Shown in pieces: positions 63,024 through 64,000 of a stretch of 64,000 bases of DNA. Below the pieces are notes generated by a model, which was not told the origin of the DNA, did not search any database, and saw only the letters and a program-made list of their open reading frames with translations. The translations under genes and the position numbers were made by a program. Position 1 is the stretch's first letter. Each line of letters begins with the position of its first letter. Where the stretch lies: NCBI GenBank assembly GCA_002633005.1, contig NMRA01000064.1, positions 814,360-878,359 on the forward strand, written 5' to 3'. The stretch comes from Phoronis australis. Lineage: Eukaryota > Animalia > Phoronida.

Positions 63024-63878
63024 CTGAAATGGAAAGACAACTAACGGTTAGAGGATGTACTCTGCTCTTACTTAGACTTTCAATCCTCGTCAATATGACA
63101 TTTTCAGCACCATCACAGCAAATTTGTTATCAAAACATCTGAATGCTTCCTCATACCTTAATGAAACAGATTTGGGAGTCTAGTAAAAGGAAATTTTGGC
63201 TAACACACGCCTTGAATGTGACACCATCTAAAAAGTTTTTGCTACACACAATGTTAAGTCAATGCCCACAGGTTTGTCTCCAGTTTTCAGGAGTGCATGG
63301 AGAACTCGCTGGGCGTGACTGTTCACTAATCATATAACCGTGAACTAAAAAACAAGACATAAGTCTCAGTTCAATCAACACTACCACGCTGTCATCACAT
63401 TATTACGCGATTGTATTTAAGGAGAGTTCAGCAATCAAGTGGAAATATAAAACACACCAAGGAATTCTTCATTGTGACAAAGTATATAAACACAGGTGCT
63501 GTTTATTTAGAACAGAACATGACGGACAACTGAAATTTTGTTTTCTCATCTCGACATAAAAGATTAATAATGCCAAATATCAACGTTTTGAGATGTTCAA
63601 AATTTGTACCATAGTCACCATGGTTACCATCACACTCTATTTCCTTAAATTGTTGACATTGCTAACAATGTGACAAGACTTTGAAAACTGATTAATATTA
63701 GCAATTATTGTGTTTGGCCAAAATTGTGGATTTTACTGTTTAATGAAGGACAGCATAAAACTATTAAAAGCCGAGGACAAACTTAAAAAGCATTATTTAC
63801 TAATAAATATTAAAATTTCAATGCTTTTAAAATTTCTGACTTTCTGCCATTTTTGATTTTGACAAGAGCAAAGCAACG

Positions 63879-64000
63879 CATTGACATGCACCTGCCGTGT
63901 GCATCACAATGCAACACATTGACATGCACCCACCCAGTGCATCACAATGCAACACATTGACATGCACCCACCCAGTGCATCACAATGCAATGCATTGACA
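63879..64000. repeat. 38-bp minisatellite (3 or more copies, runs off the window end)
   Basis: Unit acattgacatgcacccacccagtgcatcacaatgcaac. Confidence 0.9.

Overview
Eukaryotic animal genomic DNA, AT-rich with GT-AG introns. It looks like a marine invertebrate, but the species cannot be determined from sequence alone. Three spliced protein-coding genes lie on the minus strand. (1) A PDZ-domain synaptopodin-2/calsarcin-like Z-disc gene (28845->6805; 5 core coding exons, ~890 aa, plus a candidate cassette exon). (2) An SLC17 sialin/VGLUT-type anion transporter (47330->30442) in which ten exons are clean but the exon for the 'NHLDIAP' region appears damaged or missing. (3) The last three exons of a peptide O-xylosyltransferase (63023->60857). 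There is one intact tRNA-Leu(AAG) and one decayed copy. The rest is intron or intergenic DNA rich in transposon relics: CR1/L2-type and Tx1/L1-type LINE ends, a decayed ISL2EU-like DNA transposon, MITEs, tRNA-derived elements and a composite tandem repeat. The most notable oddities are a LINE flanked by a ~350-bp duplication, a tandem pair of decayed unknown coding exons whose second copy shows the transposon's empty site, a family of palindromic tRNA-like elements, and a 645-bp duplication at an N that is probably an assembly artefact. I see no clear evidence of a wholly new biological system. All calls are by eye and no searches were run.
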